From assembly GCF_001194135.2 (NCBI RefSeq), contig NC_068990.1:32727877-32768089 (forward strand): a stretch of 40,213 nucleotides of DNA, given 5' to 3'. Shown piece by piece: positions 11,105-22,580 of this stretch. The position numbers and the translations under genes are program-made. How positions within the stretch are numbered: the first letter of the stretch is position 1; every line of letters begins with the position of its first letter. Source of the DNA: Octopus bimaculoides. Lineage: Eukaryota. Below the pieces are notes generated by a model that did no database searches, had not been told where the DNA came from, and worked only from the letters and a program-made list of their open reading frames with translations.

Positions 11105-12130
11105 CTATACAGTTGAAATAGCCATTATGAGTATAAAGGCAGAGAAAGTAGTTGGACCGTCAGGGATAGTCATTGAAAATATCTGACGAAGAAGGACACG
11201 TAATGCATAGCCGATTAGATTGGATAGGAAGGTGTCATTGCCAGTGGGAAATTTAGTCATATAATCAATTGTTACAAAAGAGAAGAACAAAACAATTACA
11301 GAGGTACCAGTGGAACAAATCATGAAAGAAATAGAAATGGTTATTGCATAACCAATTAAGAAAGAAAACTAGCTGAGATGAGATGCAGTTTGGATCTGTG
11401 CCAGGACACTTTATCATTGATATCCTCTTTCTAGTGAAACAACCGTAGAAGTTCCTCATTAAAAAAACTAGCCACTAGCAAAAGTGCATTAATTATTGGC
11501 AGCAAGAATATCCATGAAATAAATACTTTTAAATGCTCACTAAATTCTGTGTGAGTTTCTGTTATCTAGATGACTTAATTAGCAGTGGAGGTGGTTTTGT
11601 TTTCAGATTTGCCTGATGAAGAAAAGTCTGGCTTGACTGAAAAATATTCTGGAAATATTCTGAAAAGAATCTAGTTTGGATAAGTTTGGGGAGCTATTAT
11701 CCTTGCTGGAGCCACAGAGATGCTAAATGAAGGACAGATTGTATGATGATTATGTATGAAGTGTGATGTTTCCTGGTAATGACATATGAAAATTAACTGT
11801 GATGGATAAGCAAAGGCTAGAATGAAATGAAGCAAGAAGGCTCCTCTGACTGTTAAAATGTAAGTGAATATGAATAACAGAGGACAAAGGAGCAGAGGAA
11901 AAGACTGAGTGTACAAGATAGCAGATGTAGTGTGAATGAGAGAAGGCTGTGTTGGTGTGAACATATAATGTGTATAGTGGATGACAGCTTAGTAAATTAG
12001 TACCCAGTGATCTAAATAGAAAGAAACTTTAGAAGAGAAAGAGCAAGAAAGACAAGGGAAGAAGTGGGGAAAAATGATTTCAAGGTGAATCTCAAAAATG
12101 AAATGACAAGACCTAGTGGCATAATGGGGT
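11105..12130 (+). mobile_element. RTE-type LINE ORF2 remnant (RT N-terminus joined to C-terminal region, internal deletion)
   Basis: Degenerate translations AEKVVGPSG..CYK..NNYRG..EMQFGSVPG..IIDILFLVKQ, then FCYLDDLISSGGG..WDKFGELLSLL..DRLYDDYV..RLE*NEAR. Confidence 0.85.
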
Positions 12131-12172
12131 GTAAAGAAGATGATATCGTTACTGTTATTATTACTATAACTG

Positions 12173-12375
12173 AAGGCAGTGAGATGGCAAAATTGTTAGC
12201 ACACTGGATGAAAGGCTTACTGGCATTTTCTCTGTTGCTACATTCTGAGGTCGACCTTGCCTTTCATCCTTTTGGGGTTCGATAAATTAAGTACCAGTGA
12301 AACACTGGGGGTCGATATAATTGACTAGCTCCAAATTTCAGGCTTTGTGCCTTTAGTAGAAAGGATTATTATTAT
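12173..12375 (+). mobile_element. SINE family A
   Basis: gaggtcgaccttgcctttcatcctttggggttcgataaattaagtaccag; (ATT)n tail. Confidence 0.85.
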
Positions 12376-12482
12376 TGTAATTTATTTTGAGAAAGTTGAA
12401 AAAAAAAAAGAACAATAAAAGAGTTATATCCTACAATCAAGAAACATATTTGTCCAATCCCAGGCAAAATCAAAATCACCAT

Positions 12483-12554
12483 TGTCCCAATTGTGACTGC
12501 ATCGCGAAATCCATACCTGGGCTCAAATTACATTCATACATCCATCACAAATAG
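12483..12554 (+). pseudogene. Isolated C2H2 zinc-finger-like coding fragment, probably a LINE C-terminus
   Basis: CPNC-DCIAKSIPGLKL-HSYIH-HK* has exact C-x2-C-x12-H-x3-H spacing, followed by a stop. Confidence 0.4.
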
Positions 12555-12925
12555 AAGAAAACCCTTTTTGTCTTTAATCTTTTTTTCAAAACCCTTTCTT
12601 TCAAACACTCATAAATCAGGATTGACAGAACTGACCATCATAACTAGTAGTAGTAGTAACAGTTGTAGAAGTAGCAGTGGCAGCAGCAGTATTAACAGTA
12701 GAATCTTTATTAATTACTACAGTTAAATTTAATTGGGTAAAATCTGATTTCGTATATTTTAATGCTGGAATATGAAGACAGCATGGCAAGTAAGAGTTAG
12801 TATTAACCAGTCATACATCAAGAAATGTACTCACATACATGTAGACAAACTTATGCATATGTTTGTGTGTAGGTATGTGTGTGTGTATATATATACATGC
12901 ATACACACACACGCTTATATATATA

Positions 12926-13043
12926 NNNNNNNNNNNNNNNNNNNNNNNNNNNNNNNNNNNNNNNNNNNNNNNNNNNNNNNNNNNNNNNNNNNNNNNNNNN
13001 NNNNNNNNNNNNNNNNNNNNNNNNNNNNNNNNNNNNNNNNNNN
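12926..13043. other. Assembly gap
   Basis: Run of N. Confidence 1.
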
Positions 13044-13195
13044 CATATATATGTTTATATATACATATATATTTCAAGATAGCTATGACCAGTCTATGGG
13101 GCTACCCAGGGTAACCTCATAGACCGGCCATAATTATCTTTATCTAAATATTCTACTGCTCTGTAACTTAGAATGTGCTTCTGTTTTGGATTTAT

Positions 13196-13238
<43 letters not shown>

Positions 13239-13242
<4 letters not shown>

Positions 13243-13364
13243 GTGTGTGTGAGAGAGAGAGAGAGACTAAGTGTTGTTTGCCATAACTCAGGTTTANNNN
13301 NNNNNNTAAAGTGTGTGTGAGAGAGAGAGAGAGACTAAGTGTTGTTTGCCATAACTCAGGTTTA
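13239..13364. other. 10-N gap (13297-13306) flanked by an identical 58-bp duplication; likely assembly overlap artefact
   Basis: 13239-13296 is identical to 13307-13364. Confidence 0.85.
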
Positions 13365-13401
13365 GTTATGTAGACATAATGCAGTGAAGTCAAATGAGGA
13401 T

Positions 13402-13432
<31 letters not shown>

Positions 13433-13911
13433 TACATACACTCTCTCTTTTTCACATAAGCCATGGACCAAAGAAATATACTGTTACAGACAGTATAGTA
13501 AGTAATAGATGCAGCAGGAGCGTATGGGACTACATGTGTTTAGTCCAACACACACCTTTTTATCTCTCTGTTGGTTAATAAATGAAGTCCCAGCCATACA
13601 TTAGCATTTCAAGTGATTGTGAGCTTCGTGTTGGAGATTCCTGGCTGGAATGTTAATTCAAAAAGTTATATGTACTTCTAGGCCAACTGATTCCATTATC
13701 TGATTAGAAGAAATATAATATACAATTATGATTTCTTAGATAAGCAGAGAGTCTGAAATTTTGGAAATGGTTTATAGTCAATTAGATTGCCCCCAATGTA
13801 CAAAACTTGTTCCTTTTTTATCAACATAATTTCAATGGTTATTTCAGTGATGTTAATTATTAAGACACCAACATAGCATCACATAACATCAAAGTATAAT
13901 GGAATTTATTC

Positions 13912-14045
13912 TTTTATTCTTTTACTTGTTTCAGTCATTTGACTTTGGCCATGCTGGAGCACTGCCTTGAAGGATTCTAGTCAAACAAATCGACCCTTGG
14001 ACTTATATTTTAAACCTAGTATTTATTCTATCAGTCTCTTTTGCT
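13912..14045 (-). mobile_element. SINE family B tail
   Basis: cttgtttcagtcatttgactttggccatgctggagcactgcc is the reverse complement of the family B end. Confidence 0.8.
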
Positions 14046-14175
14046 CTTAATTGTGGTTTTGGTCGGTTTGACTGATCTTTCTAGCGTGTAAGACTGCCTG
14101 TTAAGGGTCGCCTCTTTCGTGTTTAAATGTACACTAATTTTATATGGAGAATGTGTATATATATATATGTGTGTG

Positions 14176-14231
<56 letters not shown>

Positions 14232-14232
14232 C

Positions 14233-14272
<40 letters not shown>

Positions 14273-14294
14273 TGTGTGTGTATGTGTCTATATC

Positions 14295-14485
14295 TGTGTT
14301 TGTCTCCCACACCACTTGGCAACTGGTGTTACTTTGCTTCCGTCACATAATTTAGTGGTTCAACAAAAGAGAGTGACAGAAGGAGTACCAGATTTAAAAC
14401 AAAAAATGGTACTGGGGCTGGTTTGTCTAACTAAAATGCTTCAAGGCAGTGCTGTAGCATGGCCACAATTAAGTGACTGAAAGAA
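14295..14485 (+). mobile_element. SINE family B tail after a (TA)n block
   Basis: gtgtttgtctccc..caaaagagagtgacagaag..gcagtgctgtagcatggcc..gtgactgaaa. Confidence 0.7.
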
Positions 14486-14587
14486 AAAATGAGGAATGTG
14501 AATCTAAATAAGCTTAACAAAGTTTGCTATCACAGACAGTTTGGCACTACACAGTAAACTTGGGAAATATTCCCAGAGATATATCTT

Positions 14588-14733
14588 TTCCTACTCTAGG
14601 CACAAGGCCCAACATTTTTGAGGAGGGGGCCAGTTGATTAGACCAACCCCAATACACAACTGGTATTTAATTTATCCACCCTGAAAGGATGAAAAGCAAA
14701 GTCGACCTCAGTGGAATTTGAACTCAGAATGTA
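14588..14733 (-). mobile_element. SINE family A, 3' part
   Basis: ctactctaggcacaaggccc..gcaaagtcgacctcagtggaatttgaactcagaatg. Confidence 0.85.
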
Positions 14734-14959
14734 AATTCCCAGAGATATATCATAGCATAATTATATACATAGTTATATACATTTTAACATGTGCATACTT
14801 TAATATACTAAATCTTAAAAAACTCTCCCAGTGTGTCAGTTGTCTTCTAAATTTCTTCACAGTTATCAAAACCAATATCAATATTCAAATTAGGTCACCT
14901 GTGGGAATTAAAAAATATTTTCTCTGTGGCCATCAGATGTTACATATTTTTTTCTTAAT

Positions 14960-15125
14960 ACTATGGGGACTGAAGTTCATGAACTTGGATGAGAACTTCG
15001 ATAATGGTCAAATGAGTATGCTGTCAGTTTGACAGATATACCATCGTGCCAAAAAATAGTTGGGGTTATTCTCCTGACTTTTATTTCACATCAGTTCTTT
15101 TAGTTCATCATCAGCATTGAATGTG
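14960..15125 (-). mobile_element. Possible mariner transposase 3' remnant
   Basis: Minus translation DDELKELM..NYFWHDGISVKL weakly resembles the mariner C-terminus (DDExK..F..GI.KL). Confidence 0.25.
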
Positions 15126-15440
15126 TGAGTGTGTGTGCATATTATATGGTAACAAATAGAGCCACTGTTGAATAGAAAGTTATCAATATCTGACTAATAT
15201 AAAATGAAAAAAGTTTACATCACAAACCAGCAGTAAGTTTTAGATTTCTGTATCACCCTTTATCTCTCCTACTCAACTATCAATGTCTCTTCTTTTTCTA
15301 CCAATACATTACAGATCATAGGCTCTTTATTGAATCCTCCTTGTTACAGACACATTTCTTTTCTTTAGTTGATGGATCATTCTAAGATGCATATGGAGCC
15401 CCATGTTAAATTTGGTTTCATAGAGATTCGTAGAGAAATC

Positions 15441-15620
15441 ATCATCATCATCATTTAATGTCCATTTTCCATGCTCGCAAGATTAGATGGCTTGGCAGGA
15501 ACTGGTAAGGCCAGGGGCTGCACCCGGTTCTATAGTCATTTTTGGCTTGGTTTCTATGACTGGATACCCTTCCTAATGCCAACCACTCCACAGAGTGTAC
15601 TAGGTGCTTTTATAGTGATG
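15441..15620 (-). mobile_element. RTE-tail repeat (5'-truncated LINE or LINE-tailed SINE) ending in (TGA)n
   Basis: Reverse complement ..gcatggaaaatggacattaaatgatgatgatg matches the 3' end at 24040-24086. Confidence 0.75.
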
Positions 15621-15811
15621 TTATTTCAAGACAAACTTTCACACTCATTAAATACACACAGACACACACACACGCATGCACACACGCATGCACACACAGA
15701 CATACATAAATGTATTTATTAATATTCTTACTACAATACATCCACTATAGCTTCAGGGTGCTCAAACCCAATTATAATGGCAGTAATTCTGAGTACAAAC
15801 TGGCTATAGTT

Positions 15812-16020
15812 GTCCACTCAGCTGGCAAAAATGAGTAGTACTAGTATTTCAAGGGGCCGACCTTGTCACAGTCTGTGTTACGCTGAATCTCCCTGAGAAC
15901 TACGTTAGGGGTACACGTGTCTGTGGATTGCTCAGTCGCTTACTCGTTAATTTCACGAGCAAGCTGTTCTGTTGATCGTATCAGCTGGGACCCTCATCGT
16001 TGTAACCAACAGAGTGCTCC
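15812..16020 (+). mobile_element. Headless SINE family D derivative (chimeric modules)
   Basis: Starts with a 26-nt segment identical to 33754-33779 and continues with the tail shared with 37222-37410 (minus). Confidence 0.75.
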
Positions 16021-16149
16021 TATATGGTTGTTATATTTGTTTGATAACATAATAGGTTAGATAGGATGATGTCTATATTACAATAATCAATAATATGTTG
16101 TGCATGTATAGTAACATTATGATCATGAAATTAGCATTAGCTCCTCTCA

Positions 16150-16231
16150 CTCTTTTTTGCGGAACTCCTAGGAACCTTTTGCGGAATCCTAGGGTTCGAG
16201 GGAACCCCAGTTGAGAAACGCTGATCTAGAC
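16150..16231. mobile_element. Solo hAT (Charlie/Buster-like) terminal fragment
   Basis: Reverse complement CAGCGTTTCTCAACTGGGGTTCC.. terminus, adjacent to atctagac, which fits the NTCTAGAN target preference; other end not found. Confidence 0.55.
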
Positions 16232-16274
16232 TGATAGACACACACACACACACACACACATCCATATCCTTTCT

Positions 16275-16475
16275 GTTATTGGCAAAAAGCCTGAAGTTTT
16301 GGGGTGGGGCTAGTCAATTTCCTTGGCCTCTTTGATCAATTGGTACTTATTTTCATCGACTCTGATAAGATGAAAGGCAAAGTTGACCTTGGTGGAATTT
16401 GAACTGAGAATGTGAAGACAAACCAAATGCTGCTAAGCATTTGGTGAGGTATGCTAATGATTGTGCAAGCTTGTT
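16275..16475 (-). mobile_element. SINE family A
   Basis: gatgaaaggcaaagttgaccttggtggaatttgaactgagaatg. Confidence 0.8.
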
Positions 16476-16529
16476 TCTGTACATGTATATATTCATATAG
16501 TTACATACACATACGCATGCACACACATA

Positions 16530-16760
16530 TATCATCATTATCATTATCAACATTTAACGTTCGTTTTTCCCATGCTGGCACTGGTTGGATGTTTTAATAG
16601 GATCTGGCTAGTCATAAGGCTGCATTAAGCTCCAGTGTCAGCTTTAGCAGGATTCTATGGCTGGATGGTCTTCCTAACATGAACCAATTTACCACTGTAG
16701 TAGGTGCTTTTTACATGCCACTAGCGCTTGTGAAGTTGCCAAGTAACTTGCACGGCAAGA
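16530..16760 (-). mobile_element. RTE-tail repeat
   Basis: catttaacgttcgtttttcccatgctggca..ggctggatggtcttcctaa. Confidence 0.7.
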
Positions 16761-16930
16761 AAAGAAAGGAACAAGAAGAAGGAAGAAAGTAGGAAAAGGA
16801 AAAGAATATATATATAAAGATCATTTATGTATTTGTTTTGCAAGATTCTTGATGTGAAATTCTGTTTTGAAACAGATATTGTTGTATTTTAGGAGGGTCA
16901 TTTTTCTTCTTTTTTTGCCAAATAAAGAAA

Positions 16931-17174
16931 TGCATTGTATATTTGTTTTTCACTTCAGCTTTATTATTGTTCTTATTTTAGTGTCCTTTGTCTGAAATCT
17001 TTTGTCACACATCCTGTGACCTCTTTAGCAACTCTCCATTGTATTTATCTCCTCATGAGATACATGGGAGGGAGAGTCACTGAAGAGGTCACAAGATGTG
17101 TGACAAAAGATTTCAGACAAAGGACATGAAATAAGAACAATAAAAAGCTAAAGTAAGAACGAATATACAGTGCA
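16931..17174. repeat. Long inverted repeat (about 105-bp arms); possible inverted PLE pseudo-LTR pair
   Basis: 16931-17037 vs 17071-17174, with a 32-nt perfect core tgtcctttgtctgaaatcttttgtcacacatc; the spacer also folds (atctc/gagat). Confidence 0.9.
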
Positions 17175-17924
17175 TGTGTTTATTTGGTCAAAAAAAAAAA
17201 AAAAAAAAAAATGACCGTCTTGAAATATAACAATATATAAAGATCCTGTACTTGAAAAACACTAAGGGTTAGTATCTGGAAGAGTATCTGTCTGTAAAAA
17301 TATAAAATAATGCCTATTAGCATATGTGTCTAATCCATAAATACAATGACTGAATGAATATATGTATCAGTCAATACAAGATGAGTTAGATGTTGCAATA
17401 ATTGATTAAGTAAGATCAATTGATTGGATCTTTATAAGAATGACAATCTCACTGACTCTAGTAATACTGAGTTAAAAATAGGGAGTCACTGAAATGTTAC
17501 TTAAATTTAATAATGTCGTATATTTATTTCGTATTCAAATAGATTTTAGATAAAGACACATGAAAATTGCACAATCTTTGTGCATATAATTGGCTGCTGC
17601 AGTAATCTAATATTCTTGGAAGAAGGAGTAAGATGAATAAATATAAAAGAATTTGATGAATTAGAAAGAATAAGGGAAACCAACTAAATTAATGAATAAT
17701 ATACTGAACGAAGTCAACAATTAGGATTTACTATAAATGCAAATCCTCATTTTGAATTTATATTATTGATAATGCTGTTAATATTTATAAGTAGATTTAG
17801 GCAAGTTCATATGTACCTGTATATACCCATTTTTAAATGTGGAAGTTGTACTGTAATATGACTCAAGTAGACACTACCCAGTATCACTATTATCTTAACT
17901 ATATTAATAATTTCTTGGAACTGT

Positions 17925-18655
17925 TTAATGATTAAAAGTCCAAGTATATTTCTGCCTGCAATGAATTACAATTTCATTCTTTTTAGTTAATAGGTCTTGA
18001 AAAGCCCTTAATATCTCAAGTGCTTCATGTGTACATAAATAGCAGCCTTTCTTCTTCAATTGAATTTATAATGCTCCATTTCAACTTATAATATATACCC
18101 TTAGATTTTAAATCAAATGCATATTCTGTGAGATAGGTTGAGTGTTTAAGGATACAGTCAGAGAATGACTGACAGTGCATATAAAATCCTTTCTTAAGAT
18201 AATTTGTTATTGAGCCAATGTAATATTTACATGCATCATGTGTCCTTACAGTGTGTTTGTAAATGATGCTTTTATGTAAACAGTACTCATTTAACAGGCA
18301 GCTATCAGCTACTCTACAGTTACAATCACTTATCTTTCCTATTGTTTTGATTATGATTTGCAATGTTATAATGTAACTCCAAAACCTGTACTGGTTTCAA
18401 ACCCCAGGGAGAAGTATGTACTCTGTTTTCAATATTAGAACTAATGCTATTACAATTAGTGATCAAGCTTTTATTACTGAAATTATTTGAGCTTTTTGTT
18501 CCCATTACTTAGCATAATAGCGTTCCTGTATCTAAGTGCACCCTATTTACCATTTTAATTCCTAAACCTGAGTTTTATAGTATTCTATTATTGTTCTTCT
18601 TAAGTTTACTACTATTAGATACTGCTAATATGGCAGCCAGGTTTGGGATAGCAAT
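17925..18655 (-). mobile_element. Penelope-like element C-terminal region with GIY-YIG endonuclease remnant
   Basis: IPNLAAILAVSNSSKL..CNCRVADSCLLNEYCLHKSIIYK..KYYIGSITNYLKKGFYMHCQSF..HSTYLTEYAFDLKSKGIYYKLKWSII..KNEIVIHCRQKY matches the PLE linker CNC..CPL.G.CL..VY, the YIG motif, KWSI and the terminal CR.K. Confidence 0.85.
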
Positions 18656-19114
18656 GTGTGTGTGTGTGTACGAGAAAGAGTAACAGAGAGAGAGAGAAAG
18701 AGGGGTGTGGATGGATGCACTCCGACACTTAGTGGTATGTATAGCATGTTGTTTTTGTTGCTGTTAAATGATAATTGATGAGCTAATAATTGAGTGAATA
18801 AATTGCACCATTCCTATATTGGGATATGTTTACATCAAAGATAGAGAATCAATAATTTGATTCCTGGATTCTTACTATTGTCTTCTGTTGTTTGCATTTG
18901 CAACCTTTTGATTAATGCATTCTTTAACTGTCTTTGGTCTTCCACCTCATAAGCATTCACTCTGTCTCTTCTCCACCACCATCACTGTCTTCCTCTGTAC
19001 TGATCTTAAAAGTTGGTACTTCTATACACAAGTCTATATATTTTCATAAATTATTATATATGTGTGTGTGTGTTTCTGTGTGCGTATGCATGTGTGTGCG
19101 TATGCATGTGTGTG

Positions 19115-19153
<39 letters not shown>

Positions 19154-19486
19154 AGGTACATGTGTAATACATGCATGTTTGAGATTATGTATGTGTGTGA
19201 GCAATTAGTGTAATTAGGTGGTTTGGATGAAGGAAAAGTGCACAAGGTCTTCCCAAGAATTCAGGGCTGATGAACTCATTCAAGTTAAAATTCCTCTAGA
19301 AGATTTGCAAAGTTAGTAGTTTCAGGGAAAGGATTCCAGGTGGCCATATTCAGGGGAAGAAGAAGTGGGCCTAGTGTTTAATGTGGGTCCTGGTAGGATT
19401 GGACACAGTACAGGTGACAAGAGAAAGGTGTGATTGCCTGAATGTAGGTGGCATGTCGCAATCAGCTCTGAAAAACAGAGTTCACC

Positions 19487-19720
19487 ATCGTCATCATATA
19501 ATACCCACTTGTGCATGTTTACATGGGTCAGATGAAATTTATTTGAAGCAGATATTCTATGGCTGGATGCCCTTCCTGTCACTAACCCTCACCTGTTTCC
19601 AAGCAAGAAAATATTTCCCCATAGCCAGACATTTTCTTGAAAAAAATTGGAAATGAATGACACTGTTTGTGTGACAGAAATGTTCATTTACAAATTATCA
19701 CATCGTGTCAAAATTAGAAA
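19487..19720 (-). mobile_element. RTE-tail-related repeat variant
   Basis: tctatggctggatgcccttcctgtcactaacc shared with the other RTE-tail copies. Confidence 0.6.
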
Positions 19721-19739
19721 ACACATACATATTTGCATT

Positions 19740-19789
<50 letters not shown>

Positions 19790-19805
19790 TACATACATAC
19801 ATACA

Positions 19806-19834
<29 letters not shown>

Positions 19835-19836
<2 letters not shown>

Positions 19837-20065
19837 CTATGCTGAACTACTGAGAAATTTGTAGTTCCTATATCCAGATTACAAGTTCAGATTTATACCT
19901 GTAATTATTGGGGCACTGGAATATATAACACACTGCCTAAATACTAATCTTGAGAAATTAGGCTTCTCAAAACCAGAAAGGAGAAAGCTGATTCGAAGAC
20001 TATAGGTCCAATCCATCACTGGAGACATAAAAATCTGTAAATCTTTCAAGAAGTTTATCATTTAA
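19835..20065 (+). mobile_element. 3' end of a restriction-like-endonuclease (RLE) non-LTR retrotransposon ORF
   Basis: Single frame IYAELLRNL*FLYPDYKFRFIPVIIGALEYITHCLNTNLEKLGFSK..RL*VQSITGDIKICKSFKKFII*; the IPVIIGALG-type motif is typical of RLE C-termini. Confidence 0.75.
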
Positions 20066-20151
20066 GTATATATGAGCATGTCTAGATATGCAACTATATG
20101 CATGAAAATTCATACATAAAACAAAAAATACAAATCTTCACATATACATAC

Positions 20152-20250
20152 ATGTTGTTGAAATTCCAATGAAGGAGCCTTAGATCTAGGTTAGAAACTG
20201 GCTCATTGCCTATTGGCAAGAAATCTTGAAATAAAATTGAATAATAACAA
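20152..20250 (+). repeat. Dispersed repeat family E, copy 2
   Basis: Similar to 1106-1200. Confidence 0.7.
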
Positions 20251-20259
20251 AAATACATA

Positions 20260-20304
<45 letters not shown>

Positions 20305-20307
<3 letters not shown>

Positions 20308-20460
20308 GTGGGCAGTCAGTTTCCATCTACTAAACCCACTCACAAGGTTTTGGTTGGCTTAGGGCTACAGTAGAAGACACTTTCCAAAGCTGCCACACAA
20401 TGGGATTAGAACTACAATCATTTGATGGCGAAGGAAGCTTCTTACCACACAGCTACCTCT
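20305..20460 (-). mobile_element. tRNA-SINE head running into a (GT)n microsatellite (probably the family B head)
   Basis: Minus strand TAGCTGTGTGGTAAG A-box-like, GTTCTAATCCC B-box-like, then aagtgtcttctactgtagcc..ggaaactg. Confidence 0.6.
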
Positions 20461-20569
20461 GTCATAACTACAAAAAAAAACAGAGAAAGAGGGCAACTTG
20501 TTTGTGGGTCATAACTTGGAATATGTTGGATAGTGACTCCATGTCAATTAGGCAGGTGACTTCTCTTTG

Positions 20570-20760
20570 ATATCATCAACCACTTGTCTTCAGATTTCTC
20601 TCTCTCTTGCAGTCGGTCATTCTTCAGTAGACCAGTCCTCAACCAATTGATTGATAAATGTCCTGGCAGGAAAATCTCTCGGTCACATTCTGATTGTTGG
20701 TTCCAACATCCACATTTGATTCACTACTTCATCCTTGCTACAAAAACAGTGTCTACAAAA
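20570..20760 (-). mobile_element. LINE ORF2 extreme C-terminal remnant
   Basis: MLEPT../PARTFINQLVED..PTAREREI*RQVV resembles LWEPxHG..GRPARTYIDQL..LPTAM.DR..W. Confidence 0.5.
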
Positions 20761-22022
20761 TCTGTAGTGTTAGCATGAATGTGGTATTAACATGAATGGG
20801 AAACAAATCTCCATGAGGACAGAATGTATATCCAGCATATCAGTCAAATTTTTCAAACCAAAAGTAAGGTTGAATTCTACACCAAGACAAATATAGAAGA
20901 CCAAAAATTCCCAGAGAAATGCAGCAGAATTTGGAAAGATAGCATTGAAGTTTGAATGTTTAAATTACATGTTCACACTCTATATGTCAACTTGTATGCC
21001 AGAAAATACAGTATCTTTTTATGCTACATAATTTATTCCTTCTTTTTGCCATAACTGTTACAATTGAGGCTTGTATAAGAAAGTGATTTTCCCAGACACA
21101 CAGTGCATTGGATTTGAACTTACAAACCATTAACTGACATGACAACACTTTAACTATTCTATATGTTTTACCTTTGCTATTAAAACATCCTCTCACTACA
21201 CCTCTCCAAGATCAGCTCCTCCCATATACCTCTTAGTACAAATCCACCTCTTATCTATCACACACACATACTCTCTCTGTCTCTCTTGAAGCCTCATTAC
21301 TAACATCCCATGGCTTTCATTCCTGAAAGGGAGGAATGCACTTAATGTTCTTGAAATTCACCAAACTAAAATGTCTTCTATAAAACATATCAACCAAATA
21401 CATTAAAAACCACCACCACTTTTAGTCAACCAACATTAGTAACAACAACATCATTATCATAGCAACAACTGTAGAAGTTGATGCTGATGCTGTTAATGAT
21501 GCTTAAGGACATTAGGAGGACAATTTTAGTCATGGTTGAAGAACCTTAATTAAGATTTCCTTTGGGATGACAATAAATAATTGCAGTAGAGAAATGTTTA
21601 TTAAAATTCTTTCTTATTTAGAATTTAAAAAAAAATTTTCGATTTATAATATAAAAAATGTCATAAAATAAGCTATTTAAAAATATATTTAATAAAAATG
21701 TCGACAATAAGAAAAACAAACAAAAATATAGAAAAAGACATGAAGAAAAAGAAAAAATCAAACTTCTAATTTTGTGGGGGAAACTAGTTTGTCATTTTGT
21801 TATTGTAAGGTAATAAAAGACCCTTTTGCAAAATTTCATAGGTCAAAGTTACTGAATTTTGGAGAAGTGATTAAATTGCTTCACTCTGTGGTCATAACAT
21901 CAATTTAAATTTTCTCATGCATTTACGATTTTCTCTTCTCTTTTGGATTGTTTTATGAAATACTTTACTATATAAGGGATGTATTTTATTATAAGAATGG
22001 ATAATCTTATTATCTTTAGCAG

Positions 22023-22052
22023 GAAAAATAAATATGAGAGATGAGGAAAATG
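22023..22052 (+). CDS. Candidate 30-nt microexon (G)KINMRDEEN(G), NAGNAG acceptor
   Basis: tatctttAGcAG acceptor, purine-rich body, ATG|GTAATG donor, phase 1-1 open. Confidence 0.2.
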
Positions 22053-22111
22053 GTAATGGAAGAAATTAAGTTATGAGTTTTGCACTTCTAATCTCAATTT
22101 TTATTTTACAG

Positions 22112-22153
22112 AGAATAACATTAAATATGGCACTTTTCTACAGGGAGAATAAT
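22112..22153 (+). other. Candidate 42-nt exon
   Basis: ttCTAATctcaatttttattttacAG acceptor and AAT|GTAAGT donor; phase 0 RITLNMALFYRENN is open; phase 1 gives (E)NNIKYGTFLQGE*. Confidence 0.3.
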
Positions 22154-22184
22154 GTAAGTATGCATTATAAACTGTAGTTTCATC

Positions 22185-22384
22185 ATTATAATATATATAA
22201 ATATATATATACACACACACATACATACATATATGTATATATGTACATACCTATATGTTTATATATATATATATATACATACACATACACACACACATGC
22301 ATATATGTATTTATATACATATATGTTTATATGTATATATATACACACACATACATATATATATGTATATATATATACATATAT

Positions 22385-22428
<44 letters not shown>

Positions 22429-22541
22429 ATACATATATGTTTATATATATATAATATAATATATGTGTGTATATACACACATATACATGTGTGTGTGCAT
22501 ATATATATATGTGTATATATATACACATACTCATGTGTACA

Positions 22542-22572
<31 letters not shown>

Positions 22573-22580
22573 GTGTATCA
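22185..22580. repeat. Compound microsatellite block
   Basis: (TA)n/(CA)n/(TACA)n. Confidence 0.95.

Noticed and set aside
11609-11680. Good acceptor followed by DLPDEEKSGLTEKY..
   Set aside because: Lies inside the RTE LINE remnant.
13239-13364. Apparent 58-bp tandem duplication (also 41 bp at 31523-31614)
   Set aside because: Identical copies flank 10-N placeholder gaps, typical of unmerged contig overlaps.
20618-20655. Strong plus-strand acceptor with GHSSVDQSSTN* frame
   Set aside because: The segment is better explained as a minus-strand LINE C-terminal remnant.
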